A DNA stretch of 55,966 nucleotides, from the IMG/VR virus record IMGVR_UViG_3300042301_003333, positions 1 through 55,966 of that record; one strand, given 5' to 3'. This DNA is from a virus (Duplodnaviria; Caudoviricetes). Positions 43,370-53,450 of the stretch are shown here, piece after piece (position 1 is the stretch's first letter; every line of letters starts with the position of its first letter). The notes below the pieces were generated by a model. That model was not told the origin of the DNA. It did not search any database and worked only from the letters and a program-made list of their open reading frames with translations. The position numbers and the translations under genes are program-made.

Positions 43370-43927
43370 ATGGCAGTCTTCATTCCGCTCGGCGGCGGCA
43401 GTGGCGGCGGTGGAGGTTCCCCGACGGGACCGGCCGCCGGCGACCTTGGCGGCACCTACCCTTCGCCACAGGTCGACGGCCTTCGCGGGCGTCCCATCGG
43501 AACGGCGGCGCCTGCTGTCGGCGACACGATGGTCTGGAACGGAACCGCTTGGGTGCCGGGACTCCCGCCCTCGGCCGGCGTCGCTGGTGCGGTTCCTGCT
43601 CCGGGACCGACGACCTACCCAAGCATTCCCGCCGGCACGCCGGTCGCGCAGGCCGGTGACGCACTCGTCGCGGCCGATGCGGGCGACCCCGCCAAGATGC
43701 CGTGTTGCGGCTTCTACACGGGCAGCACGACCAACCTCGTGAAGTCTGCGGGCACCATCGACGGGCTCACGGGAATCGTCGTGGACGCGCTCTACTACGT
43801 TGCGGTCGGCGGCGGCCTGACGACGGTCGAGCCCACTGACCCCGGCGAGGTCGTGCAGCTCGTCGGCAAGGGCGCGACGACGACCAGCCTCTACGCGCTG
43901 CTCGGAACCCCGGTCACCAACTCCTAA
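43370..43927 (+). CDS. Short fibre/decoration protein
   Basis: GPAAGDLGGTYPSP fibre motif, WNGTAWVP, cement-like C-domain. Confidence 0.65.
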   Translation: MAVFIPLGGGSGGGGGSPTGPAAGDLGGTYPSPQVDGLRGRPIGTAAPAVGDTMVWNGTAWVPGLPPSAGVAGAVPAPGPTTYPSIPAGTPVAQAGDALVAADAGDPAKMPCCGFYTGSTTNLVKSAGTIDGLTGIVVDALYYVAVGGGLTTVEPTDPGEVVQLVGKGATTTSLYALLGTPVTNS

Positions 43928-43972
43928 CCCCCACCCGGACCGGCGGGCGACACCGGCTTGAAAGGAATCTCC

Positions 43973-46060
43973 ATGTCCGATTTCGTTAACAAGGTCGTCG
44001 TACTCGAGAACGGCCAGCTCAAGAAGATCGGCCCCGCCGACAACCTCGAGATGGGCGGAACCTTCACCGCCGGTTCGCTCGTCGGCGACGGCTCGGGCGT
44101 CACGAACATCGATCAGGCCAACGTCGTCGGCCTGACCAGCGACCTGGCGACGCTGACGAGCGACGTCGGCACCGCGAACAGCAACGCGAGCGCGGCCGTC
44201 TCGACCGCGAACGCAGCGGCGGCGGACGCTGCCACGGCGATGGCGGACGCGGCTCAGGCTGCCAGCGACGCCTCGGCCGCTGCTGCCTCGGCCTCGTCGG
44301 CTGCGTCGGACGCCTCGAGCGCCGCGTCGTCGGCTTCGTCGGCCGCTTCGTCGGCCAGCACGGCGGCGTCGGACGCCTCGGCCGCTGCGGCCAGCGCCCT
44401 TGCGGCTCAGGGTGACGCCTCGGCGGCTGCGTCGAGCGCGAGCTCGGCGGCTTCGTCCGCGTCGTCCGCTGCCTCGGACGCTTCGGCGGCGGCGGCTTCC
44501 GCGTCGTCGGCGGCTTCGGACGCCTCGACCGCGCAGGGTGCGGCGACGGCCTCGGCGGCGGACGCTGCGTCGGCTGCTTCGGACGCGAGCAACGCGGCGG
44601 CCTCGGCTCTCGCGGCGCAGGGCGACGCCAGCACTGCCGCTTCGTCGGCCTCGAGCGCGGCGACCTCCGCCTCAAACGCGGCGAGCGACGCCTCCAGCGC
44701 GGCTTCCTCGGTGTCGGCTGCGGCGTCCAGCGCCAGCAGCGCGGCGAGCGACGCGAGCGCGGCGGCTGCTTCGGCTGCCTCGGCGGCCAGCGATGCGGCC
44801 TCGGCCATCAGCACGGCCAACGGCGCGGTGTCGACCGCCAACGCGGCGGCTTCGGACGCGGCGGCTGCCGTCTCGACGGCCAACAGCGCGGCTTCCGACG
44901 CCTCGTCGGCTCTCGCTCTCGCGCAGGACGCCCTCCCGCTCTCCGGCGGCACGCTGACCGGCGCCCTCAACGGCACCGACCTGTCGCTCTCCGGTGACCT
45001 CACTGTGCAGGGCAACATCGTCAGCAAGGGCCAGGTCGACGTCATCATCTCGGACAGCTTCCTCGACCTCAACTCGGGGAACGTCGGCTCGTCGGCGACC
45101 GCCGGCGGATTCACGGTCAACGTGCAGAAGGCGTCCGGGTTCACGGCCGAGGAGGCTACGGCCTTCGTCGCGGGCGTCTCGAGCGTCTCCGCTCCGTCGA
45201 TGACCATCAGCGGCTCGGCTCTCGCGGCTGGCGACATCGTCCAGGTGAGCAACAGCGCCGGGGGCAAGAACGACGGTCTCTACGTCGTCGCCGGCGTCGC
45301 CGGTTCCGTCGTGTCCATCAAAGGCATCGGCGGCACGATGCCTTCCGCGCAGGTTCCGTTCGTCCAGAACCAGCTCGTGGCTGGCTCGGGCGAGAACGCC
45401 ATCGTGGTCAAGGTCGACCTCGCGGCCATCGCCGTGAGCAACGGCTCGCTCGTGAGCGCCTCGGGCAGCATCGCGGCCGGGCTGCTCTGCTACGCCTACG
45501 CGGCGAGCGCGACCGAGGCCGCCTTCATCGGCGACTGGTCGGTCCTCGCCTCGACCGCCTCGAGCTCGCTGCAGAGCGCGTACGACAACGGCGACGGCGC
45601 CATCGACCTCGCGAACGGCAAGGACTTCGAGATCAACGGCTCGGGCGACGGTTCGGCCGACGTGGTGCTCAACCCGCACATCGTGATCGGCTCGTCCATC
45701 GGCCAGAAGAAGCAGGTCGAGGCGAACGTCGCGGCCGGCGACATCGTGTTCCTCGACACCGACGGCGTCTGCAAGAAGGCCAGCTCGACGCTGTTCTCTG
45801 AGGCGCTCTACGTCGCGCTCGAGGCGACCGGCGGCGCGCAGGCGCTCAAGAAGGTCGACTTCCTCGGCGAGATGAAGGTCGGCATCGTCGGCACGGCGCC
45901 CAACATCAAGGACGTGCTGTTCCTCTCGGAGACGGCCGGCAAGGCGTCGAAGGTGGCTCCGGCCTCGGGCTCGGTCATCTCGCTCGGCGCGTGCGTCGGC
46001 GCGGCCGCTGGCGGCCTGTACCCGGTGCGGTTCCAGGTCGGCATGCCCGTCGCGCTCTAG
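43973..46060 (+). CDS. Fibre protein with a long Ala/Ser heptad coiled coil
   Basis: AAAGGA RBS; roughly 250 aa of AASDASA/AASSASS heptads; LPLSGGTLTG. Confidence 0.8.
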   Translation: MSDFVNKVVVLENGQLKKIGPADNLEMGGTFTAGSLVGDGSGVTNIDQANVVGLTSDLATLTSDVGTANSNASAAVSTANAAAADAATAMADAAQAASDASAAAASASSAASDASSAASSASSAASSASTAASDASAAAASALAAQGDASAAASSASSAASSASSAASDASAAAASASSAASDASTAQGAATASAADAASAASDASNAAASALAAQGDASTAASSASSAATSASNAASDASSAASSVSAAASSASSAASDASAAAASAASAASDAASAISTANGAVSTANAAASDAAAAVSTANSAASDASSALALAQDALPLSGGTLTGALNGTDLSLSGDLTVQGNIVSKGQVDVIISDSFLDLNSGNVGSSATAGGFTVNVQKASGFTAEEATAFVAGVSSVSAPSMTISGSALAAGDIVQVSNSAGGKNDGLYVVAGVAGSVVSIKGIGGTMPSAQVPFVQNQLVAGSGENAIVVKVDLAAIAVSNGSLVSASGSIAAGLLCYAYAASATEAAFIGDWSVLASTASSSLQSAYDNGDGAIDLANGKDFEINGSGDGSADVVLNPHIVIGSSIGQKKQVEANVAAGDIVFLDTDGVCKKASSTLFSEALYVALEATGGAQALKKVDFLGEMKVGIVGTAPNIKDVLFLSETAGKASKVAPASGSVISLGACVGAAAGGLYPVRFQVGMPVAL

Positions 46061-46078
46061 TCGCGGTCGGCACGGCAT

Positions 46079-46117
46079 GGGCCGGTCGGCGTCCTTCGGG
46101 GCGTCGGTCGGCCCTTT
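46079..46117 (+). terminator. Stem-loop with UUCG loop, probable intrinsic terminator or stabiliser
   Basis: GGGCCGGTCGGCGTCC-TTCG-GGGCGTCGGTCGGCCC then only TTT. Confidence 0.6.
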
Positions 46118-46162
46118 CGCGTTGCTAGGTAGGCAAAGGACACGACTCGCGAGGGATACCGC

Positions 46163-49100
46163 ATGTCCAAGCCTGTGCTTTTGCTCGACGCCGGCCAGTT
46201 CGTCGGCCTCTTCGGAAACGCCGACGGCGACGTCCTGCGATGGAACGCGACGACGAGCGCGTGGGAGGCGGCAGCGGGCGGCGGCACGGGAACTGTCACA
46301 AGCGTGACGGCGGGTGCTGGCCTCTCGGGCGGGACCATCACTGGCGCCGGCACGATCTCGATGCCGAACGTCGGGACGGCGGGCGAGTACGGAAGCGCCT
46401 CGTCGGTCGCCGTCATCACCACGGACGCACAGGGTCGCGTGTCGGCGGCGACGACGACGGCTATCTCGATCACGCAGTCGCAGGTCGCAGACCTCGTCAC
46501 GGACCTTGCTGCCAAGGCGGACAAGTCGGTCACGGCGACGGCGGGCGCGGGTCTCACGGGCGGCGGAACGCTCGGGGCCAGCTTCTCGTTCGCTCTCAAC
46601 ACGGTCGGCACCGCGCAGACGAGCCTCGGCAGCGCGTCGAAGACGGTCACCATCTCGACGGACGCCTATGGGCGCGTGACCTCGCTCTCCGAGCAGGACA
46701 TCAGCGGGCTTGCGGCGTCGGTCATCGCGTCGGGACAGCTCGGCCTCGCTCGAGGCGGTACGGGCATCGACGCCTCGGGTGTCACAGCGGGGCAGGTGCT
46801 CGTCGGCGGCTCGGGCTCGTTTGCGCTGCAGAGCATCAGCGGCGACGCGACGCTGGCGAGCTCGGGTGCGGTGGCCGTCACGGCTCTGCAGGGCAACCCG
46901 GTGTCGGCGACGGCTCTCGGCGCGCCTGACGCGGGCAAGGCGCTCGTCTGGTCGGGCTCCGAGTGGCAGGCGTCGACCATCCAGGGCGGCGGCGGCGGTG
47001 GCGGCCTGACGTTCTTCATGAACTACGCGGCGTCGAGCCCGTACCCGATGTCTCCGCAGTTCGACGAGAACGCGGGATGGGACACGGGCGCGATCACGGT
47101 CGCGAACACCACAGCCGGAACGGCGCTCGGCACCTTCGTGACGGCTGTCGGGTCGCCCGCCATCGAGGTCATTCCGGCGGGCCTCTGGGACGTCAACTTC
47201 TACGCGCAGTCGAGCGACGGCGTGAACAGCACCGCCGTCCGCGTGAAGGTTGCGACGCTCGCGGGTGCGACGCAGACGGTCATCGCGACCTCGGACTGGG
47301 TCTACCTCTCCGACCCGAGCGCAATCATCCAATACTCGGCCAGCGTCTACGTTCCGGCCACGGACGTCGCGCTGACCGACCGCGTCGAGATTATCTTCGA
47401 GGGTCGCCGTTTCGTCTCGCCGGCGCAGACCATCACGCTGCACTTTGGCACCGGCACCATTACGCACGCGCACACGACAATCAACGCGCCGGGCGGAACG
47501 GGGCTTGTCAAGGTTGTCGACGGCTTCCTGCAGTCGCCGGCGACGCTGCTCGTCAACGCGGACGTGGACGCGGCGGCGGCCATCTCTGTTTCCAAGCTCG
47601 CGGCGGGCACGAACGACTACGTCCTGACGACGGTCGCGGGCGTGCCGACGTGGAGCGCGCTGCCCGCCTCGGGAGTGACGAGCCTCACCGGCACGGCCGA
47701 CCAGGTACTCGTCGGCGGGACGAGCGGCTCGCCGCAGACCGGCGCGCTGACGCTGACGCTGCCGCAGAGCATCGCCACGACGAGCTCGCCGACGTTCGCG
47801 GGGCTAACGGTCGGAAGCCTCTCGGGACTGCTGCGGGCGACGGCGGGCGTGCTTTCGGGCGGCGCGTCCGTGTCGCTGTCGAGCGAGGTCAGCGACACGC
47901 TCGGTGTTGCAAACGGCGGCACCGGCCTGACGGCATCTGGCGCGAGCGGGAACCTGCTCGTCTCGGACGGTTCGTCGTGGGCCTCGGTAGCCATGAGCGG
48001 CGACGCGACGCTCGCCTCGACTGGCGCGATGACGCTCAAGAACACGGGCACGGCCGGAACCTACGGCTCGGCGTCGACGGTGCCGGTCTTCGCGACGGAC
48101 GCACAGGGCCGCGTGACGAGCGTCACGAACACGAACATCGCCGTCAGCGGTTCCTCGTTCGGGTCGCAGACGGCGAACACGGTCCTCGCCGCGCCCGATG
48201 GCTCTAACGGCGACCCCCTGTTCCGTGCGCTGGTCGCTTCCGACATTCCGAGCCTGTCGGGCGTCTACCTGCCGCTCTCGGGCGGCACGCTCACGGGCAA
48301 GCTGACGACGGCGGCGACGGCTACGCTTGCCGGCCTGACCGTCGGCTCCTCGACGCTCGCCCCGACTTCGCTCGTGAATGGCGACATCTGGTATCAGACG
48401 AACACCAACACGCTCTACGCGCGATTGAACGGATTTAGTCAGGCAATCGTCGCGAGCAATCCCAGCACGAACACCTCGATTGCGGCGGCCACCAGTGCAG
48501 GCGCCACAGGCTTTTCTTTCACCATCACGGCCGGCGCTTCGTCGGCCACGTCAGGGGCGGGTGGCCCGCTAACTTTTTCGGCGGGTAACGGAACGGGCAC
48601 GACAAGCACGGGCGGCACGCTGACGCTGCGTGCTGGCACCGGAACCTCCGCGAACGGCGCAATCAGCATCGGCGCGACGAACACGGCGTCTATCGGCATC
48701 GGCGCGGCGGGTGTCACGACGACGTTCAGCGGTCGCGTCGTCACCCCTGCGTTGACGACCTCGGCGGCGGGATTCAACATCGCCCCGACATCGGCCACGC
48801 CGACGACCTTGTCGAACGGCGACATGTGGGCGACCTCCGCGAATCTGTTCGTCCGCATCAACGGCGTGACGCAGACGCTGGCGCCCCTCGCCTCGCCGAC
48901 GTTCACCGGCACTCCGGCCGCTCCGACCGCAAGCTCCGGCGACAACACTACGCAGATCGCCACGACCGCGTTCGTAACGACCGCAGTGGCGAACTCCGCA
49001 GGGGCTCCGTACGACGTTGCCGGCGAGTACGTCGGCAAGCCGCCGGTCTCGACGGTGCTCATGCGGTTCGTCGCAAACCGCTCGTGGACGCTCAAGCGCA

Positions 49101-49345
49101 CGCTGGTGCAGGCCGCTTGCACGGCCTTTCCGACGGGCTCCAATGCGGTGGCGACCATCAGCGTTGCGGGCTCGAACATCACGAGCGGCACAATCACCTG
49201 GACGACGAGCAGTACGGTCACGGTCGGCAACTTCGCTGACACGACCATCACGGCGGGTCAGGCGGTCGTCGTCACGCTCACGACGGCGGACTCGGGCAAC
49301 ACGTTTGAGAATCCGTTCTTCACGCTCGGTGGGGTGGTGGCCTAA
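46163..49345 (+). CDS. Long tail fibre protein (1060 aa)
   Basis: Repeated YGS...TDAQGRV, SGDATLASSG, LPLSGGTLTG and LASPTFTGTPAAPTA...TTQIATTAFV fibre motifs. Confidence 0.85.
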   Translation: MSKPVLLLDAGQFVGLFGNADGDVLRWNATTSAWEAAAGGGTGTVTSVTAGAGLSGGTITGAGTISMPNVGTAGEYGSASSVAVITTDAQGRVSAATTTAISITQSQVADLVTDLAAKADKSVTATAGAGLTGGGTLGASFSFALNTVGTAQTSLGSASKTVTISTDAYGRVTSLSEQDISGLAASVIASGQLGLARGGTGIDASGVTAGQVLVGGSGSFALQSISGDATLASSGAVAVTALQGNPVSATALGAPDAGKALVWSGSEWQASTIQGGGGGGGLTFFMNYAASSPYPMSPQFDENAGWDTGAITVANTTAGTALGTFVTAVGSPAIEVIPAGLWDVNFYAQSSDGVNSTAVRVKVATLAGATQTVIATSDWVYLSDPSAIIQYSASVYVPATDVALTDRVEIIFEGRRFVSPAQTITLHFGTGTITHAHTTINAPGGTGLVKVVDGFLQSPATLLVNADVDAAAAISVSKLAAGTNDYVLTTVAGVPTWSALPASGVTSLTGTADQVLVGGTSGSPQTGALTLTLPQSIATTSSPTFAGLTVGSLSGLLRATAGVLSGGASVSLSSEVSDTLGVANGGTGLTASGASGNLLVSDGSSWASVAMSGDATLASTGAMTLKNTGTAGTYGSASTVPVFATDAQGRVTSVTNTNIAVSGSSFGSQTANTVLAAPDGSNGDPLFRALVASDIPSLSGVYLPLSGGTLTGKLTTAATATLAGLTVGSSTLAPTSLVNGDIWYQTNTNTLYARLNGFSQAIVASNPSTNTSIAAATSAGATGFSFTITAGASSATSGAGGPLTFSAGNGTGTTSTGGTLTLRAGTGTSANGAISIGATNTASIGIGAAGVTTTFSGRVVTPALTTSAAGFNIAPTSATPTTLSNGDMWATSANLFVRINGVTQTLAPLASPTFTGTPAAPTASSGDNTTQIATTAFVTTAVANSAGAPYDVAGEYVGKPPVSTVLMRFVANRSWTLKRTLVQAACTAFPTGSNAVATISVAGSNITSGTITWTTSSTVTVGNFADTTITAGQAVVVTLTTADSGNTFENPFFTLGGVVA

Positions 49346-49659
49346 TGCCGGTCGTCCGCGTCCAGCGCATCGTCGGGACGGTCAACGTCAACACGACGCA
49401 GCAGAAGACCGTGCAGGGAACGCTCGTCTTCCCCGGTCTCGCGCAGTTCACGCTCGACCCGTCGGCGGGCTGGGCGGCGGGCGTCTACAGCCTCATCGAG
49501 TACGACACGTTCGACTTCGCGGGCTCGGGCTCGGGCTACGCGAGCGGACAGGCGTGCCTCGACGCGCTCGTCGATGTTGTCTTGACCGGCACCGGGCTTA
49601 CGACGTGGACGCTGACCGACGACACCGCAAACAGCCGCATCACCGTCACGCTGGCGTAG
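49345..49659 (+). CDS. Small beta-rich protein resembling an autotransporter passenger C-terminal cap
   Basis: TAATG-coupled; AAGVYSLIEY...LTTWTL. Confidence 0.55.
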   Translation: MPVVRVQRIVGTVNVNTTQQKTVQGTLVFPGLAQFTLDPSAGWAAGVYSLIEYDTFDFAGSGSGYASGQACLDALVDVVLTGTGLTTWTLTDDTANSRITVTLA

Positions 49660-49672
49660 CGAGGAGAAAACG

Positions 49673-52336
49673 ATGCCTCAAATCAATCGCGCAAACCTCG
49701 CTACCAATCTCAACCTGAACGGCGCTTGGACCGGCGGCGTTGCGCCGACGTCCATCGACATCGCCGCGTGGGGTACTCCGAACATCACGGTCGGCACCAC
49801 GCAGCCACTCGGCGGTGCCGTTTCGTGGCAAGGCATTCTACTTCAGTCGACACAGACGACGGCGATCAGTATCGGCACGACCTCCGCCGCCATGACCATC
49901 GGCTCGTCGGGCATCGACCTGTCGGCGTCAGGGGCAAATCTCACCATCGCCTCGCCGGTCACCGTCACGCTCGGCGCTAACCAGACGTGGAACGTAGCCT
50001 CCGGGCGCACGCTTTCGATGAGCGCAGCAACCGGAGCTATTTCCGGAACCGCGAAAAACGTCATCATTGCTGGTGCAGGCACGACTGCGTTCTCGGGCAA
50101 CAGCTCGGCATCGTGGACCGGCAGCCAGTTGACCGTCTCTGGAGGTCTTGTCACGTCTTCCGCCGCCGGTGGTATCGGCGCTGCGTCAAACACCGTGATC
50201 GTGTCGAGCGGCGGCGCGATTCGCTTTACGGCCTCGCCCGCTCCGACGTCGTTCACCGTCTCCGGGCAAGGCAACGCGCTTCAGGCGGGCGCGATCTTCT
50301 TCAACGTCGTGGGCGGCATCGCCAACGGCAAGACGGTCACGCTGACGGGCGCCTCGCCGACCATCGGCGTTATCGCGAGCACGCAAGCAGGCGTCATTGC
50401 CGGTCCGTCGATTACCGGCAACGTCACCTTCAATATGTCGGGGGCCAACAACACGACGGCGACGTTCACAAACGCCTCGTCGTTTCTTGTTCCGAGCGGA
50501 AACTACGTCGTTTTGCAGGGCGTCAACCCGACGAACGGTGTCGTCACAGAGGCCGACTTCAGCTTCTCAGGAACCGACCTCAACGGCATTGGGAACGCCG
50601 CAAACGCGGTCAACGTCAAGTCGTCGCTCCGCCTTCTGAACGGAGACAACTCCGCCGTCACGCTCTCGCGAAACTACCTGTTCGACGGCGAATCGACGAG
50701 CGCGCTGCCGGCGTTACCAAACATCTACTCAATTGCGCCCAAGGCCGCTACAGGGTCCAGTCTTACGTTTCAGGGCACCATCAGCATCGGCACGCCTGGC
50801 TATTGGATCAAGACCAGTACGAGCGGAGGCATTGTTGCCAACTCCATTCAGTTCGGAAGCGCGACCGGCGGCAAGATTGACGGACAGGTCAATCTGCGAG
50901 TTTTTGCAGCAAGCACGACGCTGCGCCTGCACCCGAATCTCGACATCAGCACTTGGGTTCCGTCGGGCGGTGTCGGTGGCGAGATTTGGGTCAACGACGT
51001 TTCGTATGGCGTGGCTCCGACGGGCGCGGCAACGTGGAATCCCAACAACACCATCGACAACATCAAGGGCTCGGCGCTCACGCTGGCCCATTCGTCGTAC
51101 TCGATTTTTGCAGGCACGGTCACGTTTACCGGCACCGATGACCTCAGCCTCGGCACGGGTCCGATAACGACGACCGGCGGCGTGACGTTCGCGACTCCGA
51201 CGGCTGGCAAGCGGCTCGAGATTCCCAACAACATCGCGGGCAGCGGCGCTCTCGGCAAGACGGGCGCGGGCACGCTCAGGCTCAGCGGCGACAACACGGG
51301 CTTCACCTCGTTCCCGCATCAGGGCGGCGTGCTCGAGCTCAACAGTGCAGGCGCGGCCGGTCCTGCGGGTGCGACGTTCACGGTCACGGCCGCGACGGCC
51401 AACACAATCGATTCGACGACCGGCGCGACGCTGAAGCAGTCGGGAACCATCGCCCTCAACGCCGACTTCACTTGGGGCGGCTCGGCGGACCTGACGTTTG
51501 GAGCAGGCGCTCTGTCGTGGGGCTTGCCCCGCACCATCAAATTCCTCAACGGGAAGAACGGCATTCTGAAGTTTCCCGGCAACATCGGCGCTATCGTTGC
51601 GTCAAACACCCTGACAATTGGCGGCGCGACTCCACCGGTTGGCGGCAGCCGCAGCCGCCTCTGGTTCAGCGGCACGAACGGAATGCTGGCGACTACGAGC
51701 TCCGTGACGGCGGGCTACTTCCGCGTCTCCAACTCAGCTGGCCTCGGCAACGCCGTGACGACGATGTGGACCGTCTCGTCGGGCGCGGCGCTTGAGGTCG
51801 ATGGCGGCATCTCGCCGTCAAGTGCTCGCAACGTCACCATCACCGGCCCTGGCCCCAATACCGACGGCGCGCTGCGCTCGGTCAGCGGCAACAACCAGTG
51901 GAACAGCGATATCGTAATTCCGGTGACGTCGACCGCCTCGCCAACGCGGATACAGGTCGACGCGGGCACTTTCACGCTTGCGGCGCCGGCGTTCCAACTT
52001 ATCAACCCGACCACCACCGGCACGCCTCTTGATTTCACAGCCTTCGGCTCAACGGCGCGACTGAACCAGCCGCGAAAGCTCACGAACAAGGTGAGCAGCG
52101 TGCGAATCAACAACGGCGGTCTCGGCGTCGTTGAACTTTCCGCCGCGAACGAGCATACGGGCGGAACCACCTGCGAGGGCGGAACAACCCGCGTCACGCA
52201 TGTCACCGCAACCAGCACGGGAGCCGTGCAGGTCAACGCAACAGCGACGCTTGAAAGTACGGTACAATCACAGTTCGGCACGCTTTCCCTCGGTTCATCC
52301 CTCACCACGCGAGCGATTCTCAAGTTCGCCGCTTAG
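49673..52336 (+). CDS. Beta-helical adhesin-like protein with autotransporter-associated (PATR-like) repeats
   Basis: GALGKTGAGTLRLSGDNTG, VELSAANEHTGGTTCEGG, GALRSVSGNNQW; no signal peptide or beta-barrel; more AT-rich. Confidence 0.75.
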   Translation: MPQINRANLATNLNLNGAWTGGVAPTSIDIAAWGTPNITVGTTQPLGGAVSWQGILLQSTQTTAISIGTTSAAMTIGSSGIDLSASGANLTIASPVTVTLGANQTWNVASGRTLSMSAATGAISGTAKNVIIAGAGTTAFSGNSSASWTGSQLTVSGGLVTSSAAGGIGAASNTVIVSSGGAIRFTASPAPTSFTVSGQGNALQAGAIFFNVVGGIANGKTVTLTGASPTIGVIASTQAGVIAGPSITGNVTFNMSGANNTTATFTNASSFLVPSGNYVVLQGVNPTNGVVTEADFSFSGTDLNGIGNAANAVNVKSSLRLLNGDNSAVTLSRNYLFDGESTSALPALPNIYSIAPKAATGSSLTFQGTISIGTPGYWIKTSTSGGIVANSIQFGSATGGKIDGQVNLRVFAASTTLRLHPNLDISTWVPSGGVGGEIWVNDVSYGVAPTGAATWNPNNTIDNIKGSALTLAHSSYSIFAGTVTFTGTDDLSLGTGPITTTGGVTFATPTAGKRLEIPNNIAGSGALGKTGAGTLRLSGDNTGFTSFPHQGGVLELNSAGAAGPAGATFTVTAATANTIDSTTGATLKQSGTIALNADFTWGGSADLTFGAGALSWGLPRTIKFLNGKNGILKFPGNIGAIVASNTLTIGGATPPVGGSRSRLWFSGTNGMLATTSSVTAGYFRVSNSAGLGNAVTTMWTVSSGAALEVDGGISPSSARNVTITGPGPNTDGALRSVSGNNQWNSDIVIPVTSTASPTRIQVDAGTFTLAAPAFQLINPTTTGTPLDFTAFGSTARLNQPRKLTNKVSSVRINNGGLGVVELSAANEHTGGTTCEGGTTRVTHVTATSTGAVQVNATATLESTVQSQFGTLSLGSSLTTRAILKFAA

Positions 52337-52346
52337 GAGTACGCAC

Positions 52347-52637
52347 ATGGCTCTTGTCGGAAACTGCATCCCTGCGAAGAACGACGTGTTCTTCGACTTC
52401 TCTGCGGCCTACGCCCGCGTTCTTTCGGTCACGTCCGAGAACGTGGCGAACGCCGTCTCGTTCATCAAGGTCGAGATTCACGCCGACCAGGCGGCGCGTC
52501 AGGCACAGGCCGTGCCGGTCGTCGGTCGCGTCTACAACGCTCCGACGGTCGATCTCCCGGCGGCGGCTTCGCCCATCGCCTCCGCGTACCTCTGGCTCAA
52601 GACGCAGCCCGACTTCGCCGGATGGGTGGACTCGTAA
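52347..52637 (+). CDS. Small tail-fibre-associated protein
   Basis: AGGAG RBS; C-terminal AYLWLKTQPDFAGWVD motif typical of proteins after fibre genes. Confidence 0.7.
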   Translation: MALVGNCIPAKNDVFFDFSAAYARVLSVTSENVANAVSFIKVEIHADQAARQAQAVPVVGRVYNAPTVDLPAAASPIASAYLWLKTQPDFAGWVDS

Positions 52638-52700
52638 GGTCATGCGTGTCGAGCCTGCTGCGGTAGGGAGCGGGCTGACACGACATCAGGAGACGACACC

Positions 52701-52919
52701 GTGCCCGAATGGATCATCGCAGCAGTACCCGTGGGATTGAGCATCCTCGGCGGCCTTTGGAAGGTCGCCTCGGAGATCAACAAACTGTCGTTCGCGGTCG
52801 ACACGCTGGGCAAGGTTCTTCACGAGCTGCGCGACGACCAAGCGCAGCTTCGGCGCGAGGTCGCCGGTCTCCGCACCGAGGTCGAGGTTCTCAAGGCCCG
52901 AACGGAGTCGCACTCATGA
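52701..52919 (+). CDS. Membrane protein with one TM and a coiled coil (holin/antiholin-like)
   Basis: WIIAAVPVGLSILGGLW then heptads; AGGAG RBS. Confidence 0.55.
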   Translation: MPEWIIAAVPVGLSILGGLWKVASEINKLSFAVDTLGKVLHELRDDQAQLRREVAGLRTEVEVLKARTESHS

Positions 52920-53206
52920 TTCGCAATTACACGGTCGACATCAGCGCCACCGAGGCGTACCCGTCCGCACCGCAGGTCTCGGTCCCCTTTGTCGGCCGGT
53001 CCTGCTCGGTCGTCTCTCGGCACCCGTCGGCCATCGTGAAGGTCTCGCTCGACGGCGTCGTCGACGCTTCGGTTATCGACTCGTCGCGGGTCGTGGGCAT
53101 GTCGTTTGGCACGCCGACGCAGCAGATTTGGCTGTGCCGCGAGCCGGGCGAGGTCACGCCGGAGACGGTGCTTGTCGATGTCACGGTCGAGGACGTCATC
53201 TACTAG
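52916..53206 (+). CDS. Hypothetical beta-rich protein
   Basis: ATGA-coupled; MIRNYTVDIS... Confidence 0.6.
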   Translation: MIRNYTVDISATEAYPSAPQVSVPFVGRSCSVVSRHPSAIVKVSLDGVVDASVIDSSRVVGMSFGTPTQQIWLCREPGEVTPETVLVDVTVEDVIY

Positions 53207-53231
53207 CGCCCTCGCGGCGCCCGAGGTTCGC

Positions 53232-53450
53232 ATGTCATTCGAGCATGCAATCGCCATCGCCGGCGTCGTGGTTTCGGTCGCGTCGGTCGTCGCCAGTTTC
53301 GTCAACCAGTACGTCCGCGACGCGCAGCAGTCGGGCTCGAGCGTCTCGGCGTGGGTGCTGCACTCGGCGGCCGTGCTGAACGCGCTGGCGCTCAACGGCG
53401 ACAAGGCTGTGCAGGCGCTCAAGCTCGCGAAGGCGTGGAAGGCGTCGTGA
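53232..53450 (+). CDS. Holin-like small membrane protein
   Basis: Hydrophobic AIAIAGVVVSVASVVASFV; VLNALALN; GAGGT RBS. Confidence 0.55.
   Translation: MSFEHAIAIAGVVVSVASVVASFVNQYVRDAQQSGSSVSAWVLHSAAVLNALALNGDKAVQALKLAKAWKAS

Noticed and set aside
39154-52637. Diversity-generating retroelement or invertible fibre cassette
   Set aside because: No reverse transcriptase, recombinase, adenine-specific TR/VR pair or inverted crossover sites seen
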